Origin: Camelus ferus
Lineage: Eukaryota
Assembly (NCBI RefSeq): GCF_009834535.1
Contig: NC_045697.1
Coordinates: 46,378,001 to 46,442,000, forward strand
Length of the DNA stretch: 64,000 nt
Direction of reading: 5' to 3'
Part shown: one piece after another, positions 12,936 through 27,119 of the stretch
How the letters are laid out: each line of letters begins with the position of its first letter
How positions within the stretch are numbered: position 1 is the first letter of the stretch
Made by a program: the position numbers and the translations under genes
The notes under the pieces: model-generated
Seen by the model: only the letters and a program-made list of their open reading frames with translations
Databases searched by the model: none
Told to the model about the DNA's origin: nothing

Positions 12936-13550
12936 CCATTCGAACATTATGTTATAATTTATTGAAAAGCCACATTCTTGGTCCTGGGGAAACAGTAGCA
13001 AAGAGGGACAAGGTCCCTGCTTTATATTCAAGTAGAGAAACAGAGTAAGCAATGGGACTTCTAGAGATATGCTCTCAAGAAAGTGTCAAATACATATGTG
13101 TGTGTGTGTGTATTCATACATATATTTATCATATCACATGTGCTATGAAGAAAAGGAAGCAGTTTGAGCTAAAAACTGAGTAGAAAGATTTATTGTTGAG
13201 GTGGTTACTCAAGGTCTCTCTGAGGGATGGGGATTCCAGGCAGAGGGAAGAGCTCATTCCCAGGTCCTGAGACAGAGATGCGCTTGGTGAGAACAAGGAG
13301 GTGAATGAAGAAAGGCAGAGAGGCGACAGAGATGAGAATGTGTGATAGAAGAGGGTGGGGAGCAGGGCTTCGAAGGCCAAGGAAGGAGGTAAGATTATAC
13401 TCTAACTTCCTAATAGGAAGCCAGGTGTTGGAGGGTTTGAGCAAGACAGTGATATGTTCGGCTTTATACTGGGGAAAAAAAAAAAAGACTCTCGCTTCCT
13501 GATGGAGAGTAAACTTTAGGAGGCAAAATGGAAGCAGGGAGACAGGTGTG
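12936..13550 (-). mobile_element. L2 LINE fragment
   Basis: gacaaggtccctgc...attccaggcagagggaagagc...gacagtgatatg are antisense L2 3' motifs. Confidence 0.65.
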
Positions 13551-16069
13551 AAGTATGAAACATCCTCTGTCCTTTAATCTGTTTAAGCATAAAATCACCT
13601 ATATATTTTTCAAGGAGCTGTGATTAATAATATAGAGAAACTATATTTCAAGTTGATCATAAGCTTATTAAAGGAAACACCAGGAAATTTAAGATAGATT
13701 GTACTCTAGTTGCTTATGTGCTTGGGTAACTAGAAAGATAAACTGCCTTTCCTCTCTTCCTCTTCGTAGTGAACAAAAGAGCATGACAGCCTTTGTCTAA
13801 GAATTTAACTCAGTGAGGAGGGGCTCTTGCAAGTCATACATTCAAAGCTTCAGCTGAGTTCCTCCACAGGAAGTAAATCTCAGACCTGAGTTCTGCAGTA
13901 GAGGTTGAACAAAACTGAATTTCTTTTTATGAGACAAATCTTGGAGAAATTCTCCACATCCCCCTCCCCCACCACCAAAACTGAAGGGAATAAAATGGAG
14001 AGAAAAGAAGAGAGAGGAGGGCTAAGGAAAGAGATGGGAGATTAGGTTATAAGCTGAGAAAATGGCAGAGGAAGTGTCTGTGTTTTTAAGAATGGAGATG
14101 CCTGCTTTTCCATTTTAAATTTCATGCCTTCCTGCAGTGTAAATCCTTCCAGCTCGTAACTTCAGTCATCTGCTCACTCAGGTTCTCTGTCACGCAAGGT
14201 AGTTGACTGAATTCAAGAAAAACAAAATGATCCCTAAAATTAATATGAAACATAAGACTCTCTGAAAATTTGCAGAAATACTGAGTATTGACCATTCCAA
14301 AACTGATGAATGGATTCAAGGTAATAGTACATAGAACTTAAACAGCAATCTTTCCCCACTTGTTAATTGTTTTTTCACGGGATAAAAAACTTGTAAAGAA
14401 AGGAGAGTGATTTCAAAGTCAATAGAACTAACATCTACTTCAAATACTGTTCAAGTAGTAATCTTGAACAAGACGTCAATAAAATTGATAAACTCTAAAA
14501 TGTTAGAAATAAAAGGGATCATATTTTGCCTAATGCCCTGCGCCAATAGACTTTGAGTTTTTAGGAAAAATTATTAAATTCTATATATTCAACAGGAATA
14601 GCATTCATGTCACTCATATTTTTTGTTACTCTATATAGCTATGTGCACATACACACATAAGCCTTTCTAGGGAAAGATGCTAAAAACGACTCACAATATG
14701 AACTTCCATGTGCTTCACGATCCTAAAGATATCCCTGATTATTCATGTGAAGCCATACGACATCTGAAAATAATGATTTCTCAGCATCTTTGAAGCTAAC
14801 CAGGCAAATCACCTGAAAGCATTAATAACTTGCACTTATATATCATTTTATAATTTTCCAAAATACTTCCACATGTATTATTCATTATTTCTATTTAACA
14901 AATATGTACTGGCTGCACACTTTATATTCAGCACCAATTTGGCCAAAACCCAGGCAAATTTAGTGTGAAATTGAGGTGTAAGGGCATGGAGGGAAGGCAG
15001 AAGAGACGGCCTTCTCAGGATACTCAGTAAAAAAAAAAAAAAAAAAAAAGTCTTACAGCGTGAATCCTGAGTGGCCCATTGGAAAATAAACCCTGATCAC
15101 ATAAAATGAGATTTAATGCTAAATGAGGCCTGTTTTATATGGGCAACCCTAGATAAACTCTGTACCACCGAGGGTATCTCATTTTGCTGCCGCACAATTT
15201 CCCGTGGACATTAACAGCCTTCCTCAGGGAGGAAAATACTTTTAAATCATTCTATTTGTTGCAAAACATTACTTTAGTCTAAGTCACGGGTAAGTTAAGC
15301 CACATAAAAATGTAATATCCTTGAAGTGTAAACAAAACAAAACAAAACAAAACGACATAAAAATGATGCAGTTAAGAAGGTGAAGATGCTTCCTGAGTGA
15401 AAAAAAGAATGAGGTTTCTGGAGGAAATTGTTTTCAGGGCCAGCTGAAGGACATTATGATAGAGATCATTGCTTGCTTTAACATAATTTCAGAGGCAGTT
15501 AATGTTGAACAAGAAAGGAGAGAAAACCCAAGACAGTGAAAGGGTGATTAATTCAGAATCTTAGTTTTAATTTCCAAGGACTATATGGTCAAGCAACACT
15601 TCATAGTGGAAAACTGAACAACTAGATTTATATTTTGCTCTTTTGCTTTGTGATAAGGAAATGTTCTAGGTGTTTATTCTATTAACACATCAGTATTTCC
15701 ACTCCATTTTACCAACTGATCTACACAAAGCAGGTAAAGAACAGTGCTCTGTAGGTTGAAGCCAGGTATGGCAAACCTTCAACAGAATGATTTTCTGATA
15801 CCCCCAGAGAATGGCACAAATGATGCTTCTGGGGTGGAGCCCTGAGGGGAGAGGAGGTTAGCTGCGCTTTGTAACCAGAAGTGTAAAAACTCTCCTCCAC
15901 CTGCCAGCGCATGCCCTGATCCCACACCAGATGAGTGCCAACCATGCCAAGAGAAAGTTGCTAAAAACCAACCAAAAAGTCAGAAACCAGGCAGCAACTG
16001 TACAAGGGATGAAAAACAACAATAAGGACAAAGCCATTGAGAGAGAGAGGAAATTGCCTGGAATTCACA

Positions 16070-16340
16070 CCTTCATTGGCTTAATTAATGACTATTGGCA
16101 GGTGCCTACCTTGTGCCCGTCTCTGAACTGGGCAATGAGACACAGCAGAGAGAACACACTGGTCTCAGCAATCTTATTGGCAAAAGGAGACAGACACTAA
16201 ACAAGAGGATGCAAGATCATGAGTCACATAAAGGAGAAATACAAAGTGCTGTAAGAACTTGTAATGGGCAGGGGCTCACCTAGTCTGAGTCTTTAGGAAA
16301 AGCAGTGAAGTTTTTGCTGAGACTGGAATGATGAGTAGTG
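16070..16340 (-). mobile_element. L2 LINE fragment
   Basis: gtgcctaccttgtgcc...acaaagtgctgtaagaac...cacctagtctg. Confidence 0.55.
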
Positions 16341-16514
16341 TTTCCTCTCTCCCTCCCTCCCTCCCTTCCTTCCATCCTTCCTTCCTCCTTCAGTCCTAAT
16401 CACTTAGCAACATAAGTAGAGCATAAAACAACAGAGAACATAAAATAGCAGACTGTCTGGCACATAATAAGCTCTCAATGAGTATTTGTTAGTGAGTTAA
16501 AAAATGATTATTCA

Positions 16515-16760
16515 GACTTCTAGTTCCAAGACTGAGTAGTCCATTTCTCCCACGTCCTCTCTATTACAACCAAAAATCCCCGGACATAACACAACAGCAG
16601 CAAACACAGGAAGTCTCTGGATGGTGGAAGAAGAAGGCAGACTGCTTATGAACTTGAGGACAATCTGCCAGTGAGTCTCCTGGGTTTCCGTATTGCCTTC
16701 TTCCAAGGAGGGTGCCTTGGGAGAGACCCCCGGTCATGGGGGACTGGCACCCCTACTGAA
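16515..16760 (+). mobile_element. Old L1M 5'-end fragment
   Basis: gacttctagttccaaga...ccccggacataacacaac...ggtggaagaagaaggcagactg resembles L1MC/MD 5' ends. Confidence 0.5.
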
Positions 16761-16921
16761 GCTGACCTTGCCCTCTCTCTCCTCTGTGTAAGTAAAGTGT
16801 TGCTCCCTCCAGTACTTGACTGCACTGTATTTTCCTTGGCATCTCCAGTACCAAAATGCAATGGGCAGAAGTGTTTATTGAGCCCTCCCATGGGACTGAT
16901 AACAGGTACTTTGCTTCACAG

Positions 16922-17058
16922 ATTTTTTTTTTCAATTTTTTATTGTGGTAAAATACATGCAAGATAAAATTTACCATCGTCAGCATTTAAAGTGTGTAAT
17001 TCACTGGTTTTTAATACATTCATAGTATTGCACTATCCTTACCACCATCCATCTCCCA
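16922..17058 (-). mobile_element. L1M (L1MB-like) 3' end
   Basis: T-tract followed by ttattgtggtaaaatacat...aaaatttaccatc...aatacattcatagtattg...accaccatccatctcc. Confidence 0.8.
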
Positions 17059-18200
17059 AGTCACACAATTAAGCATTTTTGGAATTGCTGCAACAGGCAA
17101 GTGGTTTATCTACCTGTATCGTTTTTCCAAATTGATCAATGTTCCATTTCCTTCTCTTTTTCTGATTGTAGCACAAGGGTTAAGCTTTCCTCTGCAAAAG
17201 AGTATAATTAACACAGCTGTGTGTGTGTGTGACCATTCTTTTGAACTACTTAACTTGTTCATTCAGGTTCAACATTAAGAGGCCTCAGGCCACAGTTACA
17301 ATGAGATGCACATTTTGGAGGCTACATTAATACAGTAATGCATTTCATGCTGTTGTTCCATAATTTGCCTAATCAAATAAAATGAGGTCAAGCATTACAT
17401 TGGTAGGGTCCAACCTCCCCATCCATACAGTTACATTTAGCTAATTACATAAGAAATTACTCGTCTTCCAAGGGTTTGTTTGCATTGTTTAAACTAGTTA
17501 GAAGTCAGAATTTAATCAGTGTATTCTATTTGTCTCCTAAAATCTAGTGAGACAATTTCTCCTCCTGAGTCAAGCCAAAGTATATGGGAACAATGTGTGG
17601 GTCTTAATTAGTTAGCTAAACATATAGTTATTTATTGATTACTGGCTACATAACAGGCACTTTGTTGGCCACTTATTCATAGCAGTGAAAAAGACAGAAA
17701 CACAACCCTCACCTTTCATGAAGATCCTTATGACCTGTGAGGTACCATATTCATGGGTCCCAGACATCTTTGGATGAGGGGAGCATTATCCTGCCTCCCA
17801 CACTAATACAGAGAATGAATTTAAGAATTAGGCCTGTGATGATATCTTCTTGAAATAAATTTATTTCAAGTAACAGTTTAAATTCATATCATATGCCTCG
17901 AGAATGGAACTAAATTAAAAACTACTCAAATTCTCATAGGCATTTGAAAATTTCTGTTAGTTTCAATTTCAGATAAATCCAATTTATTGAAACCCAGGTG
18001 GATTGTATTTTTTCTCATGCCAACTGAGATGTCTTTTTCTGATAATTTTGAAAGGCTCAACATTCTCAGATTCTTTGTCTGTAGTTAGTTGGCCACACAC
18101 ACCATACAACTTCCTAATTCTAAATTATAGCTTTCAGTTTTCCTGTTGTGAGACTAAAGAACACTGCTAGAAGATGTTGACTCAGTTACCAGTTGGCACC

Positions 18201-18437
18201 ATAGATATATAGTATATATACACACACACACACACACATATATTTTTTATATATATATATAAATTATATATTAACTTGTTAGGGTTTTATATTATATATA
18301 TAATGTGTATATATTTAAATATATATAATGTATGTATATTTATATATAAAATATATATTTATACATATAATGCATATATTTATGTATAATGTATATATAT
18401 TTATACATATATAAAATGCATATACACACACACACAT
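18201..18437. repeat. (TA)n-rich low-complexity tract bounded by (CA)n runs
   Basis: Directly visible. Confidence 0.9.
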
Positions 18438-19156
18438 CTGCACAGTTTTTCAGTATCATATACAGGTCTACTACAATTGAGGATAAATAACTCTTCAGGA
18501 AGGCAATTTTGAAATCTGGCATAAAATCCTTAACATGTGCACTCTCTAGACTCAATTAGGTTTGCTTTATGTTTCCTTTGATGTATTTATAGGCAATTAA
18601 AAAAATGAGATGCTTAGTAACTTTTTATACAACTCTCTGTACTGTTATCATTATGAGTTTTTTCTTAATGGCAAATTTAATCCACACACAAAAACTACTT
18701 TTGAATGGGAAAAACAAATCAATGGAAACAGTTGATTTTCACAAAATTCATTTATTCTAAATATAGGATAGCATGAAGTAAATAAGAATCCAACATTATT
18801 TGGAGTAGTTCTCTAAACAGTTGCAGAAACAGGGAAATTTATGAAGAAATATCTCCTGATAAAAGGTAAGGTATGGAACAGAGTTTTTGATATTAAATGT
18901 GGGCAGTGACTTAGGAGATAGTCACTAGGATGTGCCACTGTCATCTCACACTAAACAGCAACAATAACAACAACAAATAATCACTCTTCTTGACCCCACA
19001 GTAGCTTGGCAGTTCCTATGTCCATCAGTTCATCAATCAATCATGCCATCTAGAAATCATAGTCAATTTCTTCCTCTCTTTATTTTCCTAGTTCTTACTA
19101 GTACTAATTTTTCCTTTCGCTTCTTTGCTACTAGTGTTCCAATCAATTTAATCTTA

Positions 19157-19370
19157 CCAATACTATTCAATAGATCTCTCTGAGATAAAGGAAAACTTCT
19201 GTAAATCTGCACTGACAATATGGTAGCCACTAGCAACATGTGGCTATTGAGCACTTGAAATAAAACTAGAAAGACTGAGAAACTGAATTTTCAAATTTAT
19301 TTATTTTATTTTAACTTGTAAGCAGTTATCTACATGCTATGACTAATGTCTACTGTGTTGGACAAAACAG
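19157..19370. mobile_element. MER3-like hAT-Charlie MITE
   Basis: aatatggtagccactagcaacatgtggctattgagcacttgaaat...gactgagaaactgaatttt...actgtgttggaca. Confidence 0.8.
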
Positions 19371-19559
19371 GTCAAGGGCTTCATAATCTCACTCCATCCG
19401 TATATATATTTAGTCACTTGAAAGTATCTTTTGGGGGAAAACCTACTTGTTCCCAGGAATAGTAGAGATTCACATTCCCCAAGGATCTGGTGGCCAAGAA
19501 AAGAATGTGATAGAGGTGTGTGTGCAGGGTGTTGTGAGAGAATGGACAGAGACTAACTA

Positions 19560-21400
19560 GGTGCTGAGAAAAGGCTTCTTGAGGAAGGTGGTGCTTGAAG
19601 TGAGATGTGATGGGTCAAGAGTGCAGAGGAAAGAAGAGCAGACAGAGAGGAATGTATAATGTTAGCAAGGCAATAGAGAGCAGTCCATTTGGGGGGAAAT
19701 TATAGAAGTTCAAAGTGGATGAAATCTAAAATCCAAAGTAAGGAGAATGTCATGAGGTGGGCTTAGGAAGTTAAGCAAAGACTCCAGAGTGGTGTCTAAC
19801 CTTTCTTTCATTTTCTATTTTAAAGTGCTTATAACATATTTATTGCATACTAATCCAGGTTATTTTGCTTTTTATTTGTTTATTTTTAAGCAAAAAAGAG
19901 AAATAATTAGATGAGCACATTGGAAATGTAATAAAATACAAGAGGGAGAATGGGTTGGAAGGTGTAAAATTTGTGGGGGTGTCAGTTGGGAGATTGTTGC
20001 CATGATCTTAGTCTATAATGGCAGTAGGGAGAGAAAGTAAAATGTACAGGAAAAAATACTACAGAGCTAGAATCAACAAGATTTGGTGATTGACTACCTG
20101 TATAAGTTGAAGATAGTCAGGGAATCAAAACATTTCATAGGTCTCTGACTCTGGAAAATGTGGTTTGCAAGGGACTGGTGACGTCATTCATTAATGTAGG
20201 AAGCTTTGACCTGGGCAAAGAGTCATTTCTAAGATAAGTCACATTGTAGGCAGAAGACCTCAGTTCTTTGACATGTGAACCCCTTGATAGAGCTCCTTGA
20301 ATCCCTCCATGGCATAGAAGGTTTTATGTGCCAGATCAAGCGATGAGAGAGAGACAGAGAGAGAGAGGATGGTTTTTATGACCCAGTCTTGGAAGTCGTG
20401 CACTCCCACTTCCTCCACAGCCCATTTGCTAGAAGGGAGTCACTTTGTCCAGCTCAGTCAATGCCAGGGTGTTGGGCTCCACCTTTAGAAGGAAAGGTGT
20501 CAAAGAATTTGTGGGCATATTTTAAAACTACTGCACTACTATAGGAGAAATATGAGCTTATTTATTAAAATAGTTAACTTTGCTCTAAATAGAGGGGAAC
20601 TACGAGCTCAGTTCTGGTCCCCGAGTTTACCTCTGTGAAATATGTAAATGGAAATTTTCAGTAGACTTTCAGATGGTTTTATGTTTCTGGAGAGATATTG
20701 GTTGAAGCCATAGGAATGGATAAAAATAACTCAAAGAAAGAATGGTGACTGAAGAAGAGGGCCAAAGACACAAGCTCTTCTAGGGAACCATTTGTAGGGA
20801 ATTCCTGCAATAGGAAGACATTGATGGAAGTGGAGCCCAAAAATGACTCTAAGAACTAATAGTCAAGCTGTGTGCGGAGAATGAAGAAAGAGTGACAGCA
20901 TTCTGAAAAGGAAGGGCTGAGTATGACACACATTGACTTCAGTTTATGCACTACTCCTGCAGAGGAAGATTGGGGGACATTAAGGGGATTTTTAGTGATA
21001 GTTTATATTTTATATTTTATTTATTTTTTCAGTAAGATAGAAATCAAGAAAACACAAATGTCGGATTTGTTTAATCTGAATAGCGAATAATGAATGTTAT
21101 GTTGTTACATGTGCTTTCATATTTGAAACACCTGTGTATTTGAAATACTTACATTAATAAAATTCAAAGGAACTGATTAACTTTGTCAAGCCCTGCAGAA
21201 GGTCAAGAAAGGCAAGAACTGAAAAATGTCCACTGGATTTAGTAATAAAGTGGTTAATAGGGTCCTTGGTAAAAATAATTTCAGCAAACTAGGGGTGGTA
21301 GAAGCCAGATTCCAGTGGGATAAGAAGTTACTATAGAGAGGTTGGCTGGAAAGGTCAGAAATAGGTCTCTGTAGGCTCAGAATTATAGAAGCTATTATAC
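19560..21400 (-). mobile_element. Fragmented L2 LINE with nested MLT1 and L1 pieces
   Basis: L2-like purine-rich segments (aggcttcttgaggaagg..., tagaatcaacaagatttggtgattga, gttgaagccataggaatggat, gtccactggatttagtaata...agaagccagattccagtggg). Confidence 0.55.
20210..20536 (-). mobile_element. MaLR LTR fragment (MLT1F/H-like)
   Basis: ttttatgacccagtcttggaagtc...ctccacctttagaagg...gtcaaagaatttgtgggcatattttaaaactac. Confidence 0.7.
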
Positions 21401-21859
21401 TTTTGTCACTGTTTCTTTCTAAAACAAGGTAACTTAAATTTATTTCTAGACCAAGGTGGGGGGAAAAGCCACCAGAGAGGGGAGACTTGCCATTCCAGAC
21501 TAAAACCGCTGAAGAGCAGAACAAGATCCCAAATGCAGACGGAAGGCTTGTCATGAGAGGACGTGGGTCTTTCCCTTTCCTTTTGTGTGGTGGGGAAAAT
21601 AGGGGCTCCTGCCATAGCGGGAAAGAGGGAGTCACTGAGACAGACAGATGAGACTGGGGACCTTGATAAGCCTGATGAAACTCTGGATCTCCTTTTCGGG
21701 AATCAGAAACTGATTTGTCACAGAACTGTTCCTAGTGCCTGAGAGTAACTGCCTGAGATTCACACACTGGTTTCTCAGAAGCAGATGGTGGGATGGAGCC
21801 TTGGATGTGATTGTTTATTGAGGATCATTACCTATGAAGGAGTGGAAGTCATCTAATGA

Positions 21860-22322
21860 CTTTTTGTGGACCACTTAGTGAATAAGCTGCAGATCATTCA
21901 TACAGTCAAAATAAATGTATCAATATAAATGAATCACAGGAATATGACAGTGAGTGAAAAAAGCAACCAGCCACAGGTTATCTACCATATGATAAAATTT
22001 ATGTCAGTTTAAAAAACAAAACAATAGTATATTTTATGTTGTAAATAAATATAGAGAGAGTAAAAATACAAAAAATTCATGGGAAAGATACAAATCAACT
22101 TGGTTACCTATGATGGCCCGTGAAATATAAAGGAATGGGAAGTTCTGTGAGGCAAATATGTCAAGCCTTGTGCTTGACACATAGTAAGCACTATAGGTGT
22201 TAGCTAATATAATAATAAAACATGCTAATATGTTTATTCTTACTGGTATCCATGTAGGTGTCTGTTATATTGTTTTGTTGTTGTGTGTTTAAAAGCATTC
22301 ATACTTCATGATTTAAAAAAAA
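21860..22322 (+). mobile_element. Ancient L1M 3' fragment with a small MIR/L2 piece
   Basis: aaatgaatcacaggaatatgacagtgagtgaaaaaagc...taccatatgata... Confidence 0.55.
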
Positions 22323-25300
22323 ATGAACACCATCAGGAACACTTTCCTAATTATACAAGGACAATAATATTGATTTCCAACATAATACATGACTTTAATC
22401 TCAACTTTCTGAGGGCCAAACTCCTGTGAATGTCCAAGTGAAATAGTCAAGTCAATCACATACTGTTTGGCTGAACACACACATGCACACACATATTCAC
22501 ACACGAGCATCCTCTTGGTGTAACATAAGCACCAATAACCTCATTTAAAGGCTGAGGCCCTGTGCATTTGTCTTTTCTCTCTATCTGATGAATTCTTCAA
22601 GGGCAGGACAGTGTCCCTTTATGCTCGGCCAGCCGTCCCTGGCATATTGTAAGCACTCAATAAATAATAATTAATTCAGTCGTTTAATAAATAATCCTGC
22701 ATTTACTCAATAAATAATAATTAATGATAAAGTGACCGAAAAGAATGGCAAAATTTGAAGAAAAATGTTATAGATGAGATATTTACCTGTTTAAATTGAA
22801 TTAAATGTCATTTTTGCAGAAGATGTACTTAGAACCTGAGTCCTACGAATTTGATATAGATACTTATGCCTTAGATTTTAGAACACTCTTGTTCTTTTAG
22901 TTCATCTCATCACCAGTGTCTCAGCTGTATTCACATACATTTATATAAACCTGTAATATGCATGTGTGCATTCATACATTTATCCATGTCCCTGTATTTG
23001 TATACATATATACATTTATACATGCATAAACACTTTTTTCCCATCTCAGTCTATATATCACTGACCCTTGGCAAGCCTGTGAGGCATTACATTTATTTTT
23101 GTGAGTGTGTATGTGGGAGGAAGTCACTCCATTTTGCCGACTTGTAACCCAGATCTTCTATGCCTCAAGTCCTTAACTATCATAGGAGTTAGTAATATTA
23201 TTACTATCAGATTACTATTTAGTTAATCTCATAAACTAACTTGTCATGAGGTATTAGTAGCTCAGTGAATTACTTTCTTACCTTAATAAGAACTGTTGCT
23301 ACTTTCCTCTTAAAAAGTGATTGCGTGAATTCCAGAGATACCTGTGTTGGAAGTACAATTAAACAGGGATCCTTTTGGTGCTGCTCAAAGTATGGCATAT
23401 TTATTCTTGCTACTGAATTCAGATGGAAAGTGAAAAATAAATTCACCCTGTTATTTGTTTCCATACATCTAGCTCCTTCATCAAACAGATCAAACAATTA
23501 GAAATACCGATTTTGTATTACTTTACTTTTAGGTTGTACAGACATAGTCTTATTAAAATTTAAACCAGAGCTCAAAAGCCCATTTGGTAAACAGAGCAGC
23601 ACATTAAAAATCATGTGTCATGTTGTAAATCAATCCAAGTTGATATGACCACAAGCGTCTACCAAATTTCCAGTTTGTTTTTCACTTGGATATTGTATTT
23701 AAGACTCGTATTCATTTAGTCCTTTCCCCTCAATAACTGCAATTGAAATTACTGTTCATCTCATTCACAATCCAGTACGTGCCTCTTAGAAAAACAAATA
23801 AATGTCTGCCTTTTCTGAGTTAGTTCCATAGAGCAACTACCAAGAATGAACACCACATTTGAAGAAACATGTTAATTCAGAAAAGGCTTTTACTGATGAG
23901 AACAATTTTGCTAAAGTGAAAGCTTTTTTGAAGAGGATAATATAAGAAATAGATGTAATAAAAGGAAGGCTCCCTTTAGATGACAATGAGGTGATAACAA
24001 GAGCTTGATGCCATGCTTATGAGTTATTTTGTTATTTTAGTCTAATGGCCGGGAAGGTCCTTTAAAAATCATCTAGGTGGGTATATATTATATGGAGGTA
24101 ATAGTGAACATGATGGTTTCCATTTGACTTTAAAATAAACTTCAAAGTCAGAGAACTTTTTGTATTATTTTGCGTTGTCAATGTATATACTTTTGAAAGG
24201 CATGGTTTTCATATGCAAAATATCTTCCCAACATGTGCCTATTTTAAAAGAATTCTTTATTTGCAATGTAAAAACACAAAAATAAATACATTAATTCAAC
24301 CAGGGAAATTGGTTAAGTCAACTCTGCCCCTTTAAAACTCACCTTTGTCTCTAATGCCTTCACCATCAAGGAAGATTGAAGACAGGATTCAGCGAGAAGC
24401 TATCCTTCATATTTTACCTGCTCATTAAATGCCAAGATAGTTTTTTACTCAATGATACAGCTGCCAATGAAAATAGTGAGCAAAGACAACATCAAGGCCA
24501 TGTTTTCATTTCGATCATTTTTCCCTAGTGAATTACAAGGTTGTGAGCTCTCCGACAACAATTTATATTGACCCAGGCTTCATAAATCTGGTACAGTAGA
24601 CCGAGTTGCTGAGCTATATGTTGTGATCATGTCTTTCTCCCAACAACATTAATCACTTGCTCAAAAGGAAGTAGCATTTCAAGAGTGCTATATCTCCTGC
24701 TCGCGACCAAAAGGACATCTTAACAGAAGCCTTTAATGTTGCCCTTTTTTCCCCCAGGGTTTCCATACTCACTCTTCTCTGTAGGTTCCCAAGCTCTAGC
24801 CTATCTTGTACTCATTATTAAGCAATGTCAAAATGAGCAAAAAATATGCAAGGAAGTATAGACCCATGAGAAAATTATTACATTTGTAAAGTACAATTAC
24901 TAAAGATGGAGACAGAATTAATAGGACACTGGATGCATTTGCCTATGAAAAGAATTAATCTACCATGTCTAGGTTCACTCGAAGTTGGAAATGCATTTGA
25001 GACAAAATGATTTTATTTAATTTTCTCCTTCAGGAAATACTAAACTTAGCCGGAAACCAGCCAACACATCTGTCTCTGAAACGTTCCAGGGCAAAGATAT
25101 TAACAATGGTCCAACAGGTCATGCATCTGGCCACCAAGTGGGAAAAAGGAGGGCTATGACTAATACACAGGAAATTATGCTATTCGACACTATTTTCTAT
25201 TAGAGAATAAAACAAAGCAAAAAATTAGGCTAGTATGAATGAGATGAAATAAATGAGATTGTTTTCTCACATAATGTGATCGTGCCATTTCTTCCAATTG

Positions 25301-26509
25301 TTTTAGTACGTAAACAGAAGCATTCTTTTTTACTAAAGAATCACTAAAAGTAAATACATTGCATGGCCTTTTACAGTCTGATTTTTCATTTGCCTTCCTG
25401 TAACTGTTAATAGGTACTCTTATGGGAGATTTAATTTCCTTTATGTGCAAAGTAATTTGTAATCAAGTGGGTGGTTACTTTAAAGAGTAAGATGCATTTT
25501 GTTGAACACTCTTTTCTCTGACATTACAAGCTAGTCCATACAACATTTCATTCTTCCTTTCCTTTATTCTCTTTAAAAACAAACAAACAAACAAACAAAA
25601 AATTTTCATGAAGTGCAAAGTACATAGGGGACACTTAGTTTTAGTGCTTAAGGTAAACATGATGGCATCTTACTGGGGAGAGACAAGGGAAGAGTTCTCA
25701 GCATTTAATTTTTTTTCTTACCAGTGTGGGACACTTTCAGAAAATGTTGTTCCTATCCTCCGTTGCATCATTTGTGATATTTTAGAAAACCTTTTAAACA
25801 AGAGTTTAACTGTACACAATTCATCAGACTGACTTCTTTCATATTGCTGGCAGTTTTAATTATTGTTGATAATATTGATTTTCCAATTAGTACTGAGTCT
25901 GAAAATAGAAAGGTCAATTGAGTTCACTTTTGAAAATACATAAAATGGTAATACTTTTCCCCAACTCTTTGCGCAAAGGACTAAAGTTTTAATCTCACTT
26001 CTGCTACTAACTGGCAGCTTGTAAAGCCATGGATTCTCTCAGCTTTATCTGTATGAGAAAGACCATTTTTAATACTACAATCTCATGATGGATGGAGAAC
26101 CAGATTGCTGAAAGATTTGTTCGCTGCTTATTAAGTCATTTTAAAACCATCTGTACCTGGACTACATTTTGCTTACAATAAAATTAAAATGAGTCTGTGG
26201 GTAATAAAGACATTTAAAGGAATGTTGGATAATACAATTCAAAGCACAAAAACAATACCAACACTAACATTCTTTTGTACAAATACAGTGTAATATGATA
26301 GTAAAACCGTTGTATCAATAATACTTTTATGATGTAAGATAGTCTTACAAGTTATAAATGCACAAAAAAAGGTAAAGAAGGAAAAAGTTCCTCACAATCT
26401 TAGAGGGATTAATGTTGTTTTATAATTTTTACTCCCACTTTTTTTTTCTGTTCACACAGTATTTTAAATTGAATGCAAATTTATAAATTAGGATGTCTAC
26501 AGAATCTTA

Positions 26510-26620
26510 AAAAAAATTTTAATTAAAAAAATTTTAATTGAGATATAGTCAGTTATAATGTGTCAGTTTCTGGTGTAATGGCCCAGTCATGCCTATGTAT
26601 ACATATATTCATTTTCATAT
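26510..26620 (-). mobile_element. Short lineage-specific L1 3' end
   Basis: ttaattgagatatagtcagttataatgtgtcagtttctggtgta; the same motif family recurs at 31490, 35850, 37540 and 46495. Confidence 0.7.
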
Positions 26621-27119
26621 TAATTGAAGCAAAAACACTTTCTATGATCAAGAAACTCTTCTTGCACAAATGAAAATAATTTAAATCACACAAAAGAATA
26701 TTTTTAAAGGTTATTATTTCAAAGAGCAGGTCTTTGACAGTATCCCTCTTCCTCAACTGTTAGCCTGATTATTTCACAAAAATCAGATCAAGGTCCTTCA
26801 ATATTGAAATATCAGCAGGGTTCTAGGAATATCCCAAGAGAAACTAAACAGGGAATGGGAGGATTGAGATGGTGATAGGTATTTTGAGTTTTTCATGTAG
26901 AAGATAATTTTATATATATATATTTTTTCTGTATAGAGGAGTTAAATGACAAGAAATGAAAGCTGTCTCAAGCAATGCCATGGCAATGATCCACAATACC
27001 AAGAAAACTGAGTTAATCCATTTTCAAAAAACTAATCCAATTAGAAAGTACAGGAAAAAACTTACTAAAAGACTTGAGCCACACTCTTCCTGAAAGCTTT
27101 TCCAGTATCTTCCATGTGC

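Noticed and set aside
21186..21635. 149-aa minus-strand ORF
   Set aside because: Overlaps an L2 remnant; no recognisable domain.
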